A stretch of 64,000 nucleotides of DNA from Bugula neritina (GCA_964035545.1 OZ037771.1:13267133-13331132); one strand, 5' to 3'; positions 27,401 through 41,800 are shown, counted from the stretch's first letter. Notes: generated by a model from the letters alone, not told the origin. Numbers and translations: made by a program.

Positions 27401-27837
27401 TTCCTTAAGCTCTTGTTGTTCTTTATTCAATCGATCTATTTCCTGTTTCAGTCTTCCTTCTTCCCGATCAGCAATCTTTAAGAGATGATCTTCGGTGTCG
27501 ATCTCTCGTTGACGAGCTCCAACAATGTTCTACAGAACAAACTGGCAGTTAGTTTCATGACTCACACTCTGCATGTATTACAAGTTATGACATTACAGCA
27601 GCACACTGGGCAGCGCCAAGTTACCTGTGTGTGTTTGAGTTCTTGTCTGACATTTTTCAAATGTTCCGAGATGTGATGCACTCGATCTTCATTTAGTCTG
27701 AGCTCTTGTTGATTTTTAACAATAGATTTTTCCTTTTCAGTTACTAAACTCTCGAGTTTTCTGTTTTCAGCATTTGCCACAGGCATAGAAAAACCTTCAT
27801 CCCATTCTATTTCAGATAATATGCTGCTCGTAGGCAT
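21406..27837 (-). CDS. CCDC39: Coiled-coil domain-containing protein 39 (axonemal 96-nm ruler subunit), multi-exon
   Basis: N-terminus [29 protein letters not shown]...[13 protein letters not shown]; internal [73 protein letters not shown]; S/R-rich tail ending at TAG 21406-21408. Not every internal exon boundary was resolved. Confidence 0.96.
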
Positions 27838-30800
27838 CTTGACTGTTTATCTGCAATTATGTAACCATGTGCTAAAGACCTAATATAAACATAGTAAAAT
27901 ATCTAAATGCCAAATGTGTTACCATTTATGTTACTAAATAGAAAATATAAAAAAGTAAGTAAAATATGAAAGTCAAGATTTGTTGCTTTTACAAGTTACA
28001 CATATTTTGCATAATGATAATAGATTCAAATACTTTGAAGCAACTATTGCAGAAAGTGTTGAAGATACTTGCAAGTTATTCAGATAGACCACAATAATCT
28101 TTCAATGTATTTAACACAACATGCTTCATAATCAAAATACTAGTACTAGTTTGAAAAACTTGAGTCAAGAATCAAAATATGCATTATTTTCTAATTTCTC
28201 AGAACAGCTGATGGTTACTTTTCAACAACACATGCATGAAGTTAAAGTTAGACCAAAAATATAATACTTTTAAAATTAAAGGTTGAATCATAATAATAAT
28301 CATAATGATAATGATGATAATAATCACTTTATGATTACGATATCATAATCATTAATCATGATCATAATGATTATCATTACCATCACGGTACAAAATTAAG
28401 ATCATGCCATTCTTGCTTTTTGTCTAATGTAGAAAATGTAATGTTAAAACTAAATAAAATCTCACTTTACCTATAATTTAAAACTTTCTATAAGTTAGTT
28501 ATTATAATGGTAAATATTATTTACACTGCCAATAATGGTTGTTCAATGAGGTCTTTTCTTATCGCTGTGTGTTAGTTACCGTTTCCCGGATGTATGCGAA
28601 GTGCATCTGCGGCGTAATCCCTCTTTTTTACGATACTACAACGCAGATAAGCGTTTTATTATTAAACCAATCAAAATGCTTTAATCTTATATTACTAGGT
28701 AGCCAAAAGCGCAAGCACGTGTCCAATGTAGCCATTATTCTGAAGACCAGCTGCAGTTCACCGAAGTTGTTTTCATTTGCTCGTTATTTACCTCACATGG
28801 CAGCCTGATCAGTAACTCTCATCAATTATATGTAATTCAGTAATTATTAAATAGTAATATGAAATTATTCATATTAAGATGAAGAATGTTGTTGCCAACC
28901 ATAAGCATAGTAACAAAAATAATGACATGCAAATGTAGTCTATGTACTTAACTCGCCATTGTTCTATTTTAATTACTAGTTAACTTAGCCCATCTCTCTG
29001 AATATTTTTGACATGTTTTATAGAATACTGATGAGCCAGTAGCTGCCAAAGCCCTTCATATTGTGAGCTTCAGCTATTGACAAAAATATGCAGTCAGCTT
29101 GTAAAACTTGTTGAACATTGGTTATAAATAAATTGTATAAATTATGTCAAAACTGTCATAAATTAATTAATGTTATTGAGAATGCATATTATGTATACAA
29201 GTCCATAAGCAAAAAGAAATACTGTTCAAGTTGTTAAACTTTTATAAGGCCTTTGTGTGAAATAATAAGTACCTCTGCCTAGTCATCATTATTCACACCT
29301 TGAAGCATTCTACTTGCAGTTAGTGAGGATATGGTAGTTTGACACTCTATTGCGAGCGCTTAGATTGTAGTGAGTTATAAAAAATTTCTCCTTCAAATTG
29401 AAAACCGAAAATACAACCGATTAGAATAACATGAGTCAATATTTTTCCCATTCACCATGAATAGCTAATTTATTGCAAATTTAAATCATGATGAAATTTA
29501 TTTTGCAGTGTTTAATATAAATTCATATACTAATACTTAACTGCATGCATAAACTAACCTCTTTGGCTGCTATCTAGATATGTGTAGAGTATTATAGATG
29601 TCTAAAGAAAGCTGCGTAGAATCTCATAGTAATTCTTTTAGATTTCATTTTCTACAAGGTGTATTTGTTATGCATTCTAGCAGTATAAACAGTTATAGAT
29701 TAAAGGAGTCATGTAGCAGAGTTACCTTCTCATACATCATACCTGTGCTGCATCAAGTTAGAGGAATACAATATAGAAAGTTAAACAAGACTTTTCTACT
29801 GGTATTAAGAAAAGCCAATTGAAGAAACTTTGAATCTTAATTTTATCAATTTTCAAGCCTTTTCGTTTTATTTTAATGGCTAAATTAATAACAATTTTGT
29901 TGGAAAGACTTTCATTGGAACAACATTTTTAAAAAAAATTTCTATCAGACAAAATAAAACTTTGCTTTTGCTTCAAGAGGTACAGCACTGAATATATTGA
30001 GCAGACTAGAGTGTGCAAGTTGCTTCATTTTAACCTATTGTTTCCTGTGTTTCCACTTTACACATTTAAAGTACAAACGGCCTACATACAAGAGAAGCCA
30101 ACTTCAAAGTTATGATTCATTACAAAGCTGACCAATCAGCATGCCCCCTCAAGTAACTTTCGAATGACATCACAGTATTATAAGAACGTGTGGGATGGCT
30201 TGAAGTGATGACATCATCACCTGACTTTATTTCTTTAAACAATATTTGCAATAGCACCATATAAATATTATTATACTAAATTACAAGACTACAACTATTA
30301 CATCACAACAGGTTTAACTTGAGTAATTTTCAGTTCATTTGCCAAGTTCACTGAGGCAAAATATAAAAGATTACCCTAGTTACTGGAAGAGAGATAACAC
30401 CAGATATATTAGAATACCTTAGATAACAGCTCTTCACTATGAATAACTGTAAATTAATACATATTTTACTTATCATTCTGAAATTTAAAATTATAATAAA
30501 TTTGAGGACTGCGAAAGCCTAAAGTATAAAAGCTAAAGCAATGAAATTTAGTAACTTTAGTTTTTAATAAATAACTTATTCAACTGACGGTTTTTATATA
30601 ACAGTAGAAAATAGTATTTGTCAATATTCTAAATAGAATAAGACTAATTGTGATTCATAGTCAATACTGCTGACACAGATAATTAAAGAGCCCATTGTTA
30701 ACTGTCACATGCACTCATGACACTGGCTCAAGGTGTTGGCAGGTAGGTGTGACAGACAACTCCCACTACTGTCACATGCCCCACAAGCCTTTGTCTATTT

Positions 30801-31105
30801 GTTAAGTACAAGTGGATAACAATAGAATGTAAAAAATAAAATCACACTCATAACAAGTATGAGCTGTCAAGTATTATATACAAGTGCTGATTGCAGGGGG
30901 CGATGAGCACCACCCTTAGTATTTCAGACTAATTTGTGATTTGCTGGAGTTGTCTTCTAAATATAAGTATTAGGAGAATCTGTCAGCCTTCAGTCTGGTC
31001 TGTAGAAGAGTCCTGAACTGCCCAGTGATGTGCACAAATCATAGACTGACGTTATCCCCATAAATTACTCGGAAGTTTAGAATACAAGGTGTTGCTGCCG
31101 GTAGT

Positions 31106-32473
31106 TCAATGATTTTGCTGCCGATTGAGAATGTTGAGCTGAGCCATAGTTTCAGGGGTGGCTGACATTTTCAGCAGTTTGTTTTCTTGTTCCAGCAGAT
31201 TATTTCTCTCTAAGAGTTTGGTTATTTGTAACTTCAAATCTTCCACTTCTTCTCTAACCGCCAACATCAGGTGACTCTTGACCAGGTCCTGAAAGAGAAC
31301 AGAAAGCTGTCTTAGTAACGCACATAAAGATTAGACAACTCTAACAAATATGCAAACAATGTCCTAATTTTAACCAAACTATACTATAGTTCTTGTATTT
31401 ACTTGACTTTACACAGTTTCATATGAATAGAAAAACCCTTTTGAGGTAACATATGCAACACTTGCCACTTTATTAAACTAAAATTAAAGGACATTGCATA
31501 ATCAGCAAGCCAACGAAAGCTACACATTACAACTTTTCAACACAGCTATTGTGGTACACAACTACGCGATAAAACACAAGGGACTGGAAGAAAAGTGTTA
31601 TACCAGATCTATTATCTCAATGAATAAAATTACTAGAAACAAAACACCTCCTGAAATGCTACAATAGCTCCACACAGTCCAGCTGTGAAAAAACAGGCCA
31701 GCTTAAGCAAATATGAAATGGAGCTGATTACATAACCAATATAATTCACAATCAGCGCTTTGTTGGCCATAGAAATCCCTGATCAATACTTTATTGTATT
31801 GTAGAACTGTATAGTGGAAAATAACTGAACTTTCCATGGCCAACATTCATATGATTGCAGGGAGCTAAAAGAAGCTAGCTTGAGAATCAAGCAAATGGCT
31901 TGAGAAATGGTTCAGCATTAAGATAAACCCACAGAAACTCAAAGCCTGCCTATGATATGTTACTCTGGCAACTACTAGAACCCCTCTATCCCTCAAAGAC
32001 TTGAGTAGCAGAGTTTAGAGTATTTTTAGAACAAAAAGCAAGTCTAGAAACAAACTATTTTTTATTAAAATTTTCACATAAATAACTCAGAAGTGATCCT
32101 TTAGCTTCCCTGATACACCAATACAACACGCAACTCACACAATACGTCAAAAGTCCTCAACAAGAACCCAAAAAGACATCAAAAGCAGGATTCCACTGCC
32201 CACTATCTCTACACACAGCAGTTAACACAGAGACTAACGGAATACAAACACAATTCAAAGAAGCCTCAATTATTTCTGGATTGAGTTGAGAATTGGCTAG
32301 ATTTTCTCACAGAGTTTAGTATTTCAACACAATTAGAAACTACAAAGCATTATTAAAACTAGTAAAATGAAAGTGCGCTAGTTATAATAAAAAACCATCG
32401 AGACAAATTGATAGTTTACAAAAAGTAGCAGAGGTAGTAGTAGTAGTAATAGTAGTAGTGGTAGTAGTAGTAC

Positions 32474-32524
<51 letters not shown>

Positions 32525-32546
32525 CAGTAGTAGCAGTGGTAGCAGC

Positions 32547-32580
<34 letters not shown>

Positions 32581-32728
32581 CTAGTAGTAGCAGTGGTAGC
32601 AGTAGTAGTAGTAGCAGTGGTAGCAGTAGTAGTAGTAGCAGTAGTAGTAGTAGTAGAAGTACTAGTAGTAGTAGTACTAGTAGTAGTAGTACTAGTAGTA
32701 GTAGTACTAGTAGTAGCAGTAGGAGTAT

Positions 32729-32764
<36 letters not shown>

Positions 32765-32787
32765 GGTAGTAGTAGTAGTAGTAGTAC

Positions 32788-32835
<48 letters not shown>

Positions 32836-35800
32836 CAGTAGCAGTAGTAGCACAGTATCAATACAGCAGGTAAACTTTCTACTTACCATTGCCTGCTCTA
32901 TTTTATTGTCTATGGCCACGCCAGTTGCTGCAGCACTACAAAACATAACAATTGCATGTGAAAGATGGTATTTTCAATATTTACATATTAACTAGGAAAA
33001 TTGAGTTGAACCTGTAAGGAGAAACTGGTTCATGAGAAGTCAAAGGTTTGGTGGTCTTTGCCTTGAGCACATTGTAGCACATTGTAGCACATTGTAGCAC
33101 GTAGTAGAGTAGATAACTGCAACTAGTTGACCCAAACAAGTGGTGATGGAAAATTCCATATTAGGCATATTATTGCACAGGAATAACCAGCGGGACAAGC
33201 TGTCCACTATTGGTAACTACTAGAGGCAGACCCTGAGAAATTACTTCGACTAGCGATTACTACGAGATATGGCTGGTCGTCGACCTACAATTATCCTAGT
33301 ATTGCCTCTAGTTTCTGCAGGCACTCAGACAACACGCAGCCAACAACCTCACTTTTCTGTTCTACTTATACAATTCCTACCCTGGGACTCAACAAGCATC
33401 GCCATGAGATACTTCGGGAGTGTTTGGTTTTCAACAGAAGAAAATTCCTACATACTTCTTAGTTGAACCAAACACGAGGTGGTGAAATTGTAAAAAGCAA
33501 TATTTAAGTTACAAGCAGTCTGATGATTTTCAAAAATTTAAAAAAATTTCAACTAAAAGCCAAGTAAATGAATATTAACTATGAAGGTAAAGATTAGAAT
33601 AGAGCTCTACTCACTTTATAGAATGCATATTGAGATAAATTCCTAACAGTGACAAATAACGCAAAATTATTTTTCAAAACATTTTAAAACCTAGCAGTCT
33701 GTAAGAACATTCCCAACTGAAACTTATTCAAAGCGTTTCCACCTGAACAGATTTTAATATGCTAAAGAATTTCCTCTACAAAAACTATATGCATATATCA
33801 TTTCTTCCCACATACCTGTCCTTAAAACAAGAATATTGGTTAACATGGGCAAGTAGCAAACCCAGCCTGAAATTAGTAGATCAACAGAAATAAAGAGGGG
33901 GGAATAACACGTACTCACAAATTTTTAACAAATACTAGGCTGAGCAAGGGCAATAGCAAGAAGTAGGAGAGACTGAATAAGTCCGACATTGCCGCTGCAC
34001 AATGGAGTATAACTACCTTTCACTGTGGCTAGGAGAGGTGGGAGAATTTAACACAGAGTCAAGACCGAGAAAGAAAGCGTGAGAACTGTCAGCATCTCCT
34101 ATGCCGCTGTCGACAGACCTGGCTCGGTACGACACTGATGTCTTCTCCTTGGGCGACAAGATCGCTCTAGAGGTCGATGGTTGCAGAGAGAACATTAAAA
34201 CACTAGTAGTTGTAGTCACAGGTTTGTTGGTATGACAGAATTGGGGAGGCACCATTTCTGCCCCCAACTTTGACTAGTAAATGAGCAGGAAGAACGCTAG
34301 TTTACGGTTCCATGAAGTACGCTCCTTCTTAGTACGATGGTGCGTGTATAATATTAATATTTTCAGCAATCAGCTGTTATTATCTAAGCAAGCAGGGAAT
34401 TATTGAAATCAATAGCCAATGAAAACAGTTGACACAACGACACCTTCAAATCTAAATCCATACAGTCGTATCGTGGTGATGGATTATATATAAGTTATTA
34501 ATACACGATCAATCAGAAAGAATGTTTAATGTGTAAACGCAACAGCAGAGCATGGAGGTTCAAATACACATTCATTGCATAATAGAAACAAAAGAAATCA
34601 ATAAAACACTTCAGGCCATTTCGTAATAGCAATAGCAACGACAGGGCAGCAAGGGCAGCAAACACCATTACTCTACAGCACTACTCTGAACTTGAGATAT
34701 TGATTACAGTGTTGAATGAGTAAGCAAAAAGATACCTGCCAGCTCTAGCTCAGAGTAATCAATATGAGGAGAGACTACGCCTAAACATGACACATACATA
34801 GATAGAACTAGTGGTGCCAGGCCCAGCTGCCAGGCCCAGCTGACAGGCCCAGCTGACAACATGGCTGGTTAGAACCCCTAGATGTGTAGAATTAGCTGCT
34901 TATCGCAGCAAGTCTTTAGAAAAACCCCCCTCCCCCCACCAGCCCTGCTTTCCACTCTAAAACCGCGCTAAGGGTTACTAGATTACTATATCTGTTAGAT
35001 TGCTAAATGGAAGTTTCCAAGTAATCAAGAGGCAACTTAGAAGCCACCGAATTGCTTGCATATGACTCCATAACTTTAGATAGCACAATATTACTTAAAT
35101 GCTTATGAAAGGATGTTTGGCTGTGAAGTACAGAGCGAGTTGAGCTTAAAACCAGTCTGATGCTGTCAACTGTGTGAAGGTGCTGCCAACTTACCCGTGA
35201 GTGAAATGCCTGGTGACACAACTCCACCGCCTCGCCATTTGAGGAGAGGAGACGGACAGCGAGTTTGACAGCGTCATGTTGCAGATACAGACAGACAGAC
35301 AGACAGACAGACCAGAACAGAATGAAGAGTCAGCACTGAAGTGACACATAAGACTAGACATGGAGGGGGTGACACTTGACAGGGGTGTAGTAAAAAGGGG
35401 CAAGGGGATGTGGATCCAGTAGGGTCAAAAGAGAGATGATTACAATTTCTCACTCATGAATAACAGCAACAGACAAACTGGGTGACAAAGGCAAGCAAAA
35501 CCTCAACAAAGAAACATTCTCAAAGTGAAGGGGGCTCATTCCCCCAAGCATATCAACACATACTGGATCCACCACTTTTAGTGGAGAGGGAAATCAGAAG
35601 TACATCTAAGATAGGCTGAGAACTAGGTTGCTGTAAGCTCTTGAGATTAGTGAAGTACCCCATGTGGGCAACTAGCTGGGTGTGCCTTTCTTATACTCTC
35701 GCAACTGGGAGGTAAAATGCTGCCCCAGTAATTTCACAGCAGAGCAAATTGACCTCTAGGGCAGAGTGAAGGCCGCACACTGCAGGTAACATAAACACAT

Positions 35801-38800
35801 TGACCCTCTGTTACCTGAAGTTCACCTTAAACGCTGACCCAAGGAGGTATATTTACAGCGTGCTGAGTAGATTACAGTTGAATATCTCCAGGAATGATAA
35901 TATTGTGAAAAGAAAAACACTCATCGTGCTGTCTATTGATTAATTCAGAAGAAAAGGAGATTTAATGCAATTACCAGGTCGAAGTACTTGCTCAATAACT
36001 CATAATTAAATGTATGCAAATATTATTAAATATGTACTCAAAAGCAGTGTGAAGAAATTAAATTAATAAAAGCCTAATGATTGACAGGTTACAGTGAAAA
36101 CTAACTTACACATATTAACTGCACACGGGTTCAACTACCTCCACCATGCATGAAGAAAAAGAAAAACAACTTTAAAAAAGTTTGTGCAAAAAACCTTCTT
36201 AAAAGTAAGCAACACCAACATGATTCAGCACATTTATGTTGAATATAGGTCTTACCATATATTGAGAATGAACAGAACTTCATGCTGCATGTATGTGAAA
36301 AGGACAGATAACTTACAAATACTGATACAGTAGAAATAATAAGAAGTTATCATTCCTTGGCAGTTAGAGTTCAGTCAGGTCACATGCTGATAATATAATG
36401 TATGTACGAATGGGAAGACAGAGGGCAGTATAGATAAGATTGAGAGGGACATGTGATATTATGTTACAATTTGAATAAGTTTATATCTCAGATGTAGAGA
36501 GCAGTAGCTTCTAGTTTCTAGACTGCAGTCAACACACCTTAGTTTACACTGTAATAAATATTTAGTCAGTTTCTAAAATACACTGGATAGAATTAAAATC
36601 ACTTTATAAGGACACAATTCCAGACCATAGCATAGCAAGACAAAAGGAACGGCCGAGTAGAGAGGAAGTGAACCCACAATGCAACTCTTAAAGAATGTCA
36701 ACAGAGTAATGACAGTGGAACCAGTAATATTTCTGTTCTACATGGCGTTTGCTATCGGAGTGGTGGCATTCCAGCAGACTCTCTACCTCAAACTCTGCTA
36801 CAAGGAATACAGAAACCTGAGTCTCTGCAGCGACAGCGCCTGGCAGCAGCAGCACCCCGGAGTTCAGTCTGACACCTCTACCTGGATCTTATACTCCACA
36901 ATAACCAACCTCGTACCTCTGGTTGTATGCATCATCATGCTCAGTGGATACAGCGACAAGAACGGCATCGCCTTAGCCTTAGTTCTGCCTAACATTGGCA
37001 GCCTCATAGCGGTGGGTTGGGCGATAGTTCTTACTGTATACATAGAGTGGGATCCTGTTTTACTCCTACTGACTAATTTCATAGGCGGGGCGACTGGGTA
37101 CTACCCGACCATGACAATGGCGTGCATGACCTACGTAATCAGAGACCCGGATGTTAGCAATCTCGGACTACGCATGGCCGTGATAGAGGGCCTACAGGCT
37201 TTCTCCACTGCTCTGGGAACAATGGTAGCTGGTCCTCTCATAGAGCTGCCTGACGGGCTGACCTACGCCTGGGCTGTGGCAGCAGGGTGCTACGTGCTGT
37301 CAATACTAGATCTGACCTTCAGGGTCAAGCGACTGTCGGCCCCGGGGCAGCAAGGAGAAGAGAGAGAGGGGAGATGCGTTGCACTGCGCAGCTGCTTTGA
37401 CCTGGACACCATCAAGAAATACTTTGTGGTCATCTTAAGGAGTAGAGAACAGAGCAAACGTCTCCACCTGTACGTGGTGCTGGCTGGAGCTATGATAAGT
37501 TTCCTAGCCTACTCCGGTCTAGTCAACGTCATATTCCTCTACCTCACCAAGGAGTACGGGCAGAGTTTGACTCAGTACAGCGTATACGTGGGACTCGGCT
37601 GTATCGCTGCTCTGTTCGGCAGCACCGTCCTCGTACGAGTGTTCACCGTCAACTACCCTCTGAGTGACATGTCCTTCGCTGTGGTTGGCTCAGCCGTAAC
37701 CACCATATACTACATACTACTCGGCTACGCCGACCAGCCCGGGGCCTATTGGGCGGCCCCCGTATTCAACATCTTCCTGGGATACGTGGCGATTGGGAGC
37801 CGACTCTACATATCTCACACCCTAGAGAGCCACGAGCAGGCGGGGGGCATGGGATTCTTCTCTCTAGTCCAGTCGGTGGTGGGGCTGGCGGCGAGTGCTC
37901 TATATAACACAGTCTACCCGCTGTCCCTCCACTTCTGGCCAGGAGTCTGCTGCACGCTGTCTGCCTTCCTGTCCATCATCACCATACCCATGTTCACCCT
38001 AGTGCGCTGCCGTGACATCAGAAATGGCGCTGACTCGCCGGCAGCAGAACACAACCAAACAGCAGACAGAAAGACTGAGTTTTATTCCTCTTATAACAAA
38101 GCGAGTGAAACCACAAGACTGCTGAGTTAAGGCCAAAACCAAGTGGCAACGTGGGACATGGTGGGATACAGAGTAAACTCCTAAGGGGGAAACATGGTTC
38201 TATATAGTGTACCCAGTACTGTGATATTTTAATACTTTATACAACATTATATTCTGAAACTTATATATTATTTATTTTTGGTATCTGCTATTCTATGTTC
38301 GTTATACTTCTCACTCTTTATTGTTCCGTCCACCTAGACTTGACAATAATCAAATACATTGAGCCAGAGCTACTTTCCAGTGTTTTATTAGAGGAGGTGG
38401 GGGGGGGGGGTTGCTATAACTTCCCTGTATACCCAATATTATGGCATATTGTTTATTCAACTGACCACAGGCTAGACTTAGGCTAAACACTGAGCAACTC
38501 TGTTTATATAAAAGTTACATTAAACAGAAGTCCTAAATACCAACCCACAACTTTCCTAATCTAGTAAAACAGATGAGCTAGGAACTGATTGTGAAATTAA
38601 TGTGAACCTGAGGTCATGTGTACTTGATGATAATGAGTGGTTATCAGCAGAAAACATGACCAAAGATTATCCCACACCATACTCTTTGACTACCCATATT
38701 GACAGGCGGAGTAAACAGTGTATGAGCAAGACACAGGGAAGAAATACACCATCTAATTTATGTCCCAATAAAAGCACTACTAGAGAGTTGTCTGTCCCAA

Positions 38801-41800
38801 AACAGCATACTGAAGAGAGAGCATAACTCCGAATTATAAAAAACCAAACGCAGCAATGCTGAGTGAATTAGTTTTACATGATACATGATTGTATCTACAA
38901 ACTATTGCAAATAATACACTACTCTAGTAACGTAACTAATAAAAACTCTGTTAACTTACACATTTGCTTGTAATCTACACTCACACACACTACTCTGTCA
39001 ACTTACTCCTGTGATATACACTTACTCCTGTGATATACACTTACTCTTGTGACATACACTTACTTCTGTGACATACACTTACTCTTGTGACATACACTTA
39101 CTCCTGTGATATACACTCACTCCTGTGATATACACTTACTCTGCATCGGCCTGCTCTCCGTCACTTCCTGTGATACTGGCAGCGGCAGCAGGGTCCACCA
39201 ACTCTGTCAGATTTGCTGCCAAGTCTTTCACCCCTCCAAACGGTTCCTGCGTCTCTGGAATATTCTCCGCATCCTGCCGCTCCTTGACGATGCCGCTAGG
39301 AGTTGAAGCAGAGGTGGCTGCCGGCTTTGCTCCGACATCTGCGAGAAAACCAGGTGATGTCAGAGAAGAAATGGCATCAGCTGCGTGAACCAGGCCACTT
39401 ATTAGCTTAACAGACAAAGTAGGTGCAGTAATTGAGAATAGCCTGTGTTCTAGATTAGAAATGTAGCATAAGAAGTGATGTTTCAGCAAGAATTTCAAAC
39501 CAAAATTTATTAATAAAATTAAAGAACTTAGGCTATCTCAGTTTCTCCACTACTGCTCCTAAATGAAACAGACAGACATTGCCTGGAATTCACCACAACC
39601 AGACAACCACCCATCAATCTGACAGGACAGCCAGGGCCCAGAACACTAAATATATTTTAGATGATTCCAGGGAACAACTTATTGGATGCTTGTGGTTGTC
39701 ACAACTTAACTAGAGGCTACAGTTTGCTAACAAACAACTATTTGCAACACAGCAATCTTAGACATGAAGAGTTGCCTGACCTTGGATAGAGCTAAAGTAC
39801 AGCCTAAGCTCCACAGCAGAGATAGGGGCACTAGTGAAGCCCCCCACACTAAAGCAGGTGACTAGCAGAAACCCTCTCCCAATGGGCCACACAGATAGTA
39901 AAATATAACATCTGCACAGGAAGTAACCTGTTTCCATAGCAACATGTCAACATAACTTCCTTAGTTTCTCCCACTAATATGTAGTTATATTTTGACCCTC
40001 GTTACACAATCTTTTTGTAAACCCAAACCAATAACTACTGTTCAATAGCTCCATAGCATTTCAATTGACCTAAATTACTGCATCTTCACTAGATAGAGCA
40101 GGGAGGAGACAACTTCAGTTACCTGCTGCTTTCAGCTTGTCTTTGATTAGGGATTGACTATCAGGGTTGTTGGCGGCTGAAAGGGGGGCAACTCCGGGTA
40201 CTGTGTTAACTGCGTGGGGTACAGAAGTCTACAATAAGCAAGAACAGACGTGTTGGCAGTAAATATTTAGATATCATAGCATGCAGTAGCAGATATTTAA
40301 GGGCCAAAAGTTTACTATTGGAATAGATATACTAATAGTGCAAGAAATCGCTGCATCTCTAAAAGGCTAATCTATTCACACAGTTTACGATACAACTTGA
40401 ATTCAACACAGGGCAGCCTTGATTGTAAATATCACCACTGAGTGAGGGGGAAACAACAGCAACTCTGAACAAGTGTTGGCACGGCCAACTCTTCTCCCAA
40501 ACCAACAGCCGTAGATACCTAACTAAGGCTACTTGATAACTACACACTCGCCATTGGCTGTTATACTGGAGTGAGTTTGACATATGAATGCTTCACGTTA
40601 CCACAGCTGATAATTATATGCTGTGTGATGTAAGAGCCAAGAGGAAGAGAGAATTATAATTACATAGAAAAGTACACCCAGCAAACTGCTCTGGGCTTCC
40701 ATCAGCTCCCCACGTGACAAGCTAATATGACCCAGATTAGACTGTAGGCCTGAGCGGCGCAACAATACTATCCTTACATAGTCATGTACTTTCAGACTGT
40801 GGCAGTGCGAGTTTATTACCAGTAAACACATTCCTGGAATAGCTGCAACCACCAGATGGCCTCATCAATATCTGGTTAGACATGGCAACTTTTGACTTGC
40901 ATTGAGTTAGTTGAACTATGACCACCCATACATAATGTGAAATATAGAACATTCAACATTCCAGTAGTAGCTGCAGTATTGGAAAACCAAAACATTTTAT
41001 AATGTAGCAAACCTACTTCCTAGTGATTTCAAACCAATTTTTTTACAAACTCAATTGATTCTGAACTAAATGATCAGAGGAAGTGGTCTCTGTGAACTGG
41101 TGGCAGTAAGAGTCAGCAGATGGCTAAGTGAGTCGCTGCGGCAGCAGCTAGCAGACTACTGTGGCTAATATAAACAGCAGTTCAACAGAACAAGCCACAT
41201 CTAATAGCCACCAAAGGGCTTACATTTTTGAAATATTGGAAAAGTTTACTAGTATAGGCAGCTTTTAAATGAGAAGATGAACACCAGGCTGAGTTAGAGC
41301 TGCAGTGACTAATAGTTTGAATGAATGCACTGTTTGTAATCTACTGCAGTTTACTGTGTCTGCTGCAGTTATCTGTGTCTGCTGTACTTTTGTATCTTGC
41401 AATTTAACAAACTAGGCAATTACTAACCAAAACTGATTTAAGTAGACACTTGCACGCATCTGTCACAAGGTCAAGAGTTCACAAACATCTGCAGAGTTGA
41501 AAGACCTCCAGAAATCTCTCAACAAACTGTGGCAATATGAACCAGAGAGCAACACCATGTTATATACAAAAGTACAGCTGAGATAGCTATCTGCAGCAGA
41601 TATAGCAAATTGCAGCGGACACAGTACACTGTAGCAGACACAGTAAACTGTAGCAGATTGCAAACAGTGCATTTATTCAAACCATTAGTCACTGCAGCTC
41701 TAACTCAGCCTGGTGTTCATAGGTTCACCTCAGATCCTACAAACTGCAGCCTATCAAGCACAGCCAACTGACAAGCTGGTAGTAATAGAGAGCAAAGGCT

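Noticed and set aside
28570-28595. Canonical X-box in the CCDC39 promoter
   Set aside because: GTTACCGTTTCCCGGATG offers only half-site matches, too weak to call.
32458-32946. Poly-Val and poly-Leu/Tyr ORFs
   Set aside because: (GTA)n microsatellite; only 32887-32935 is a real exon.
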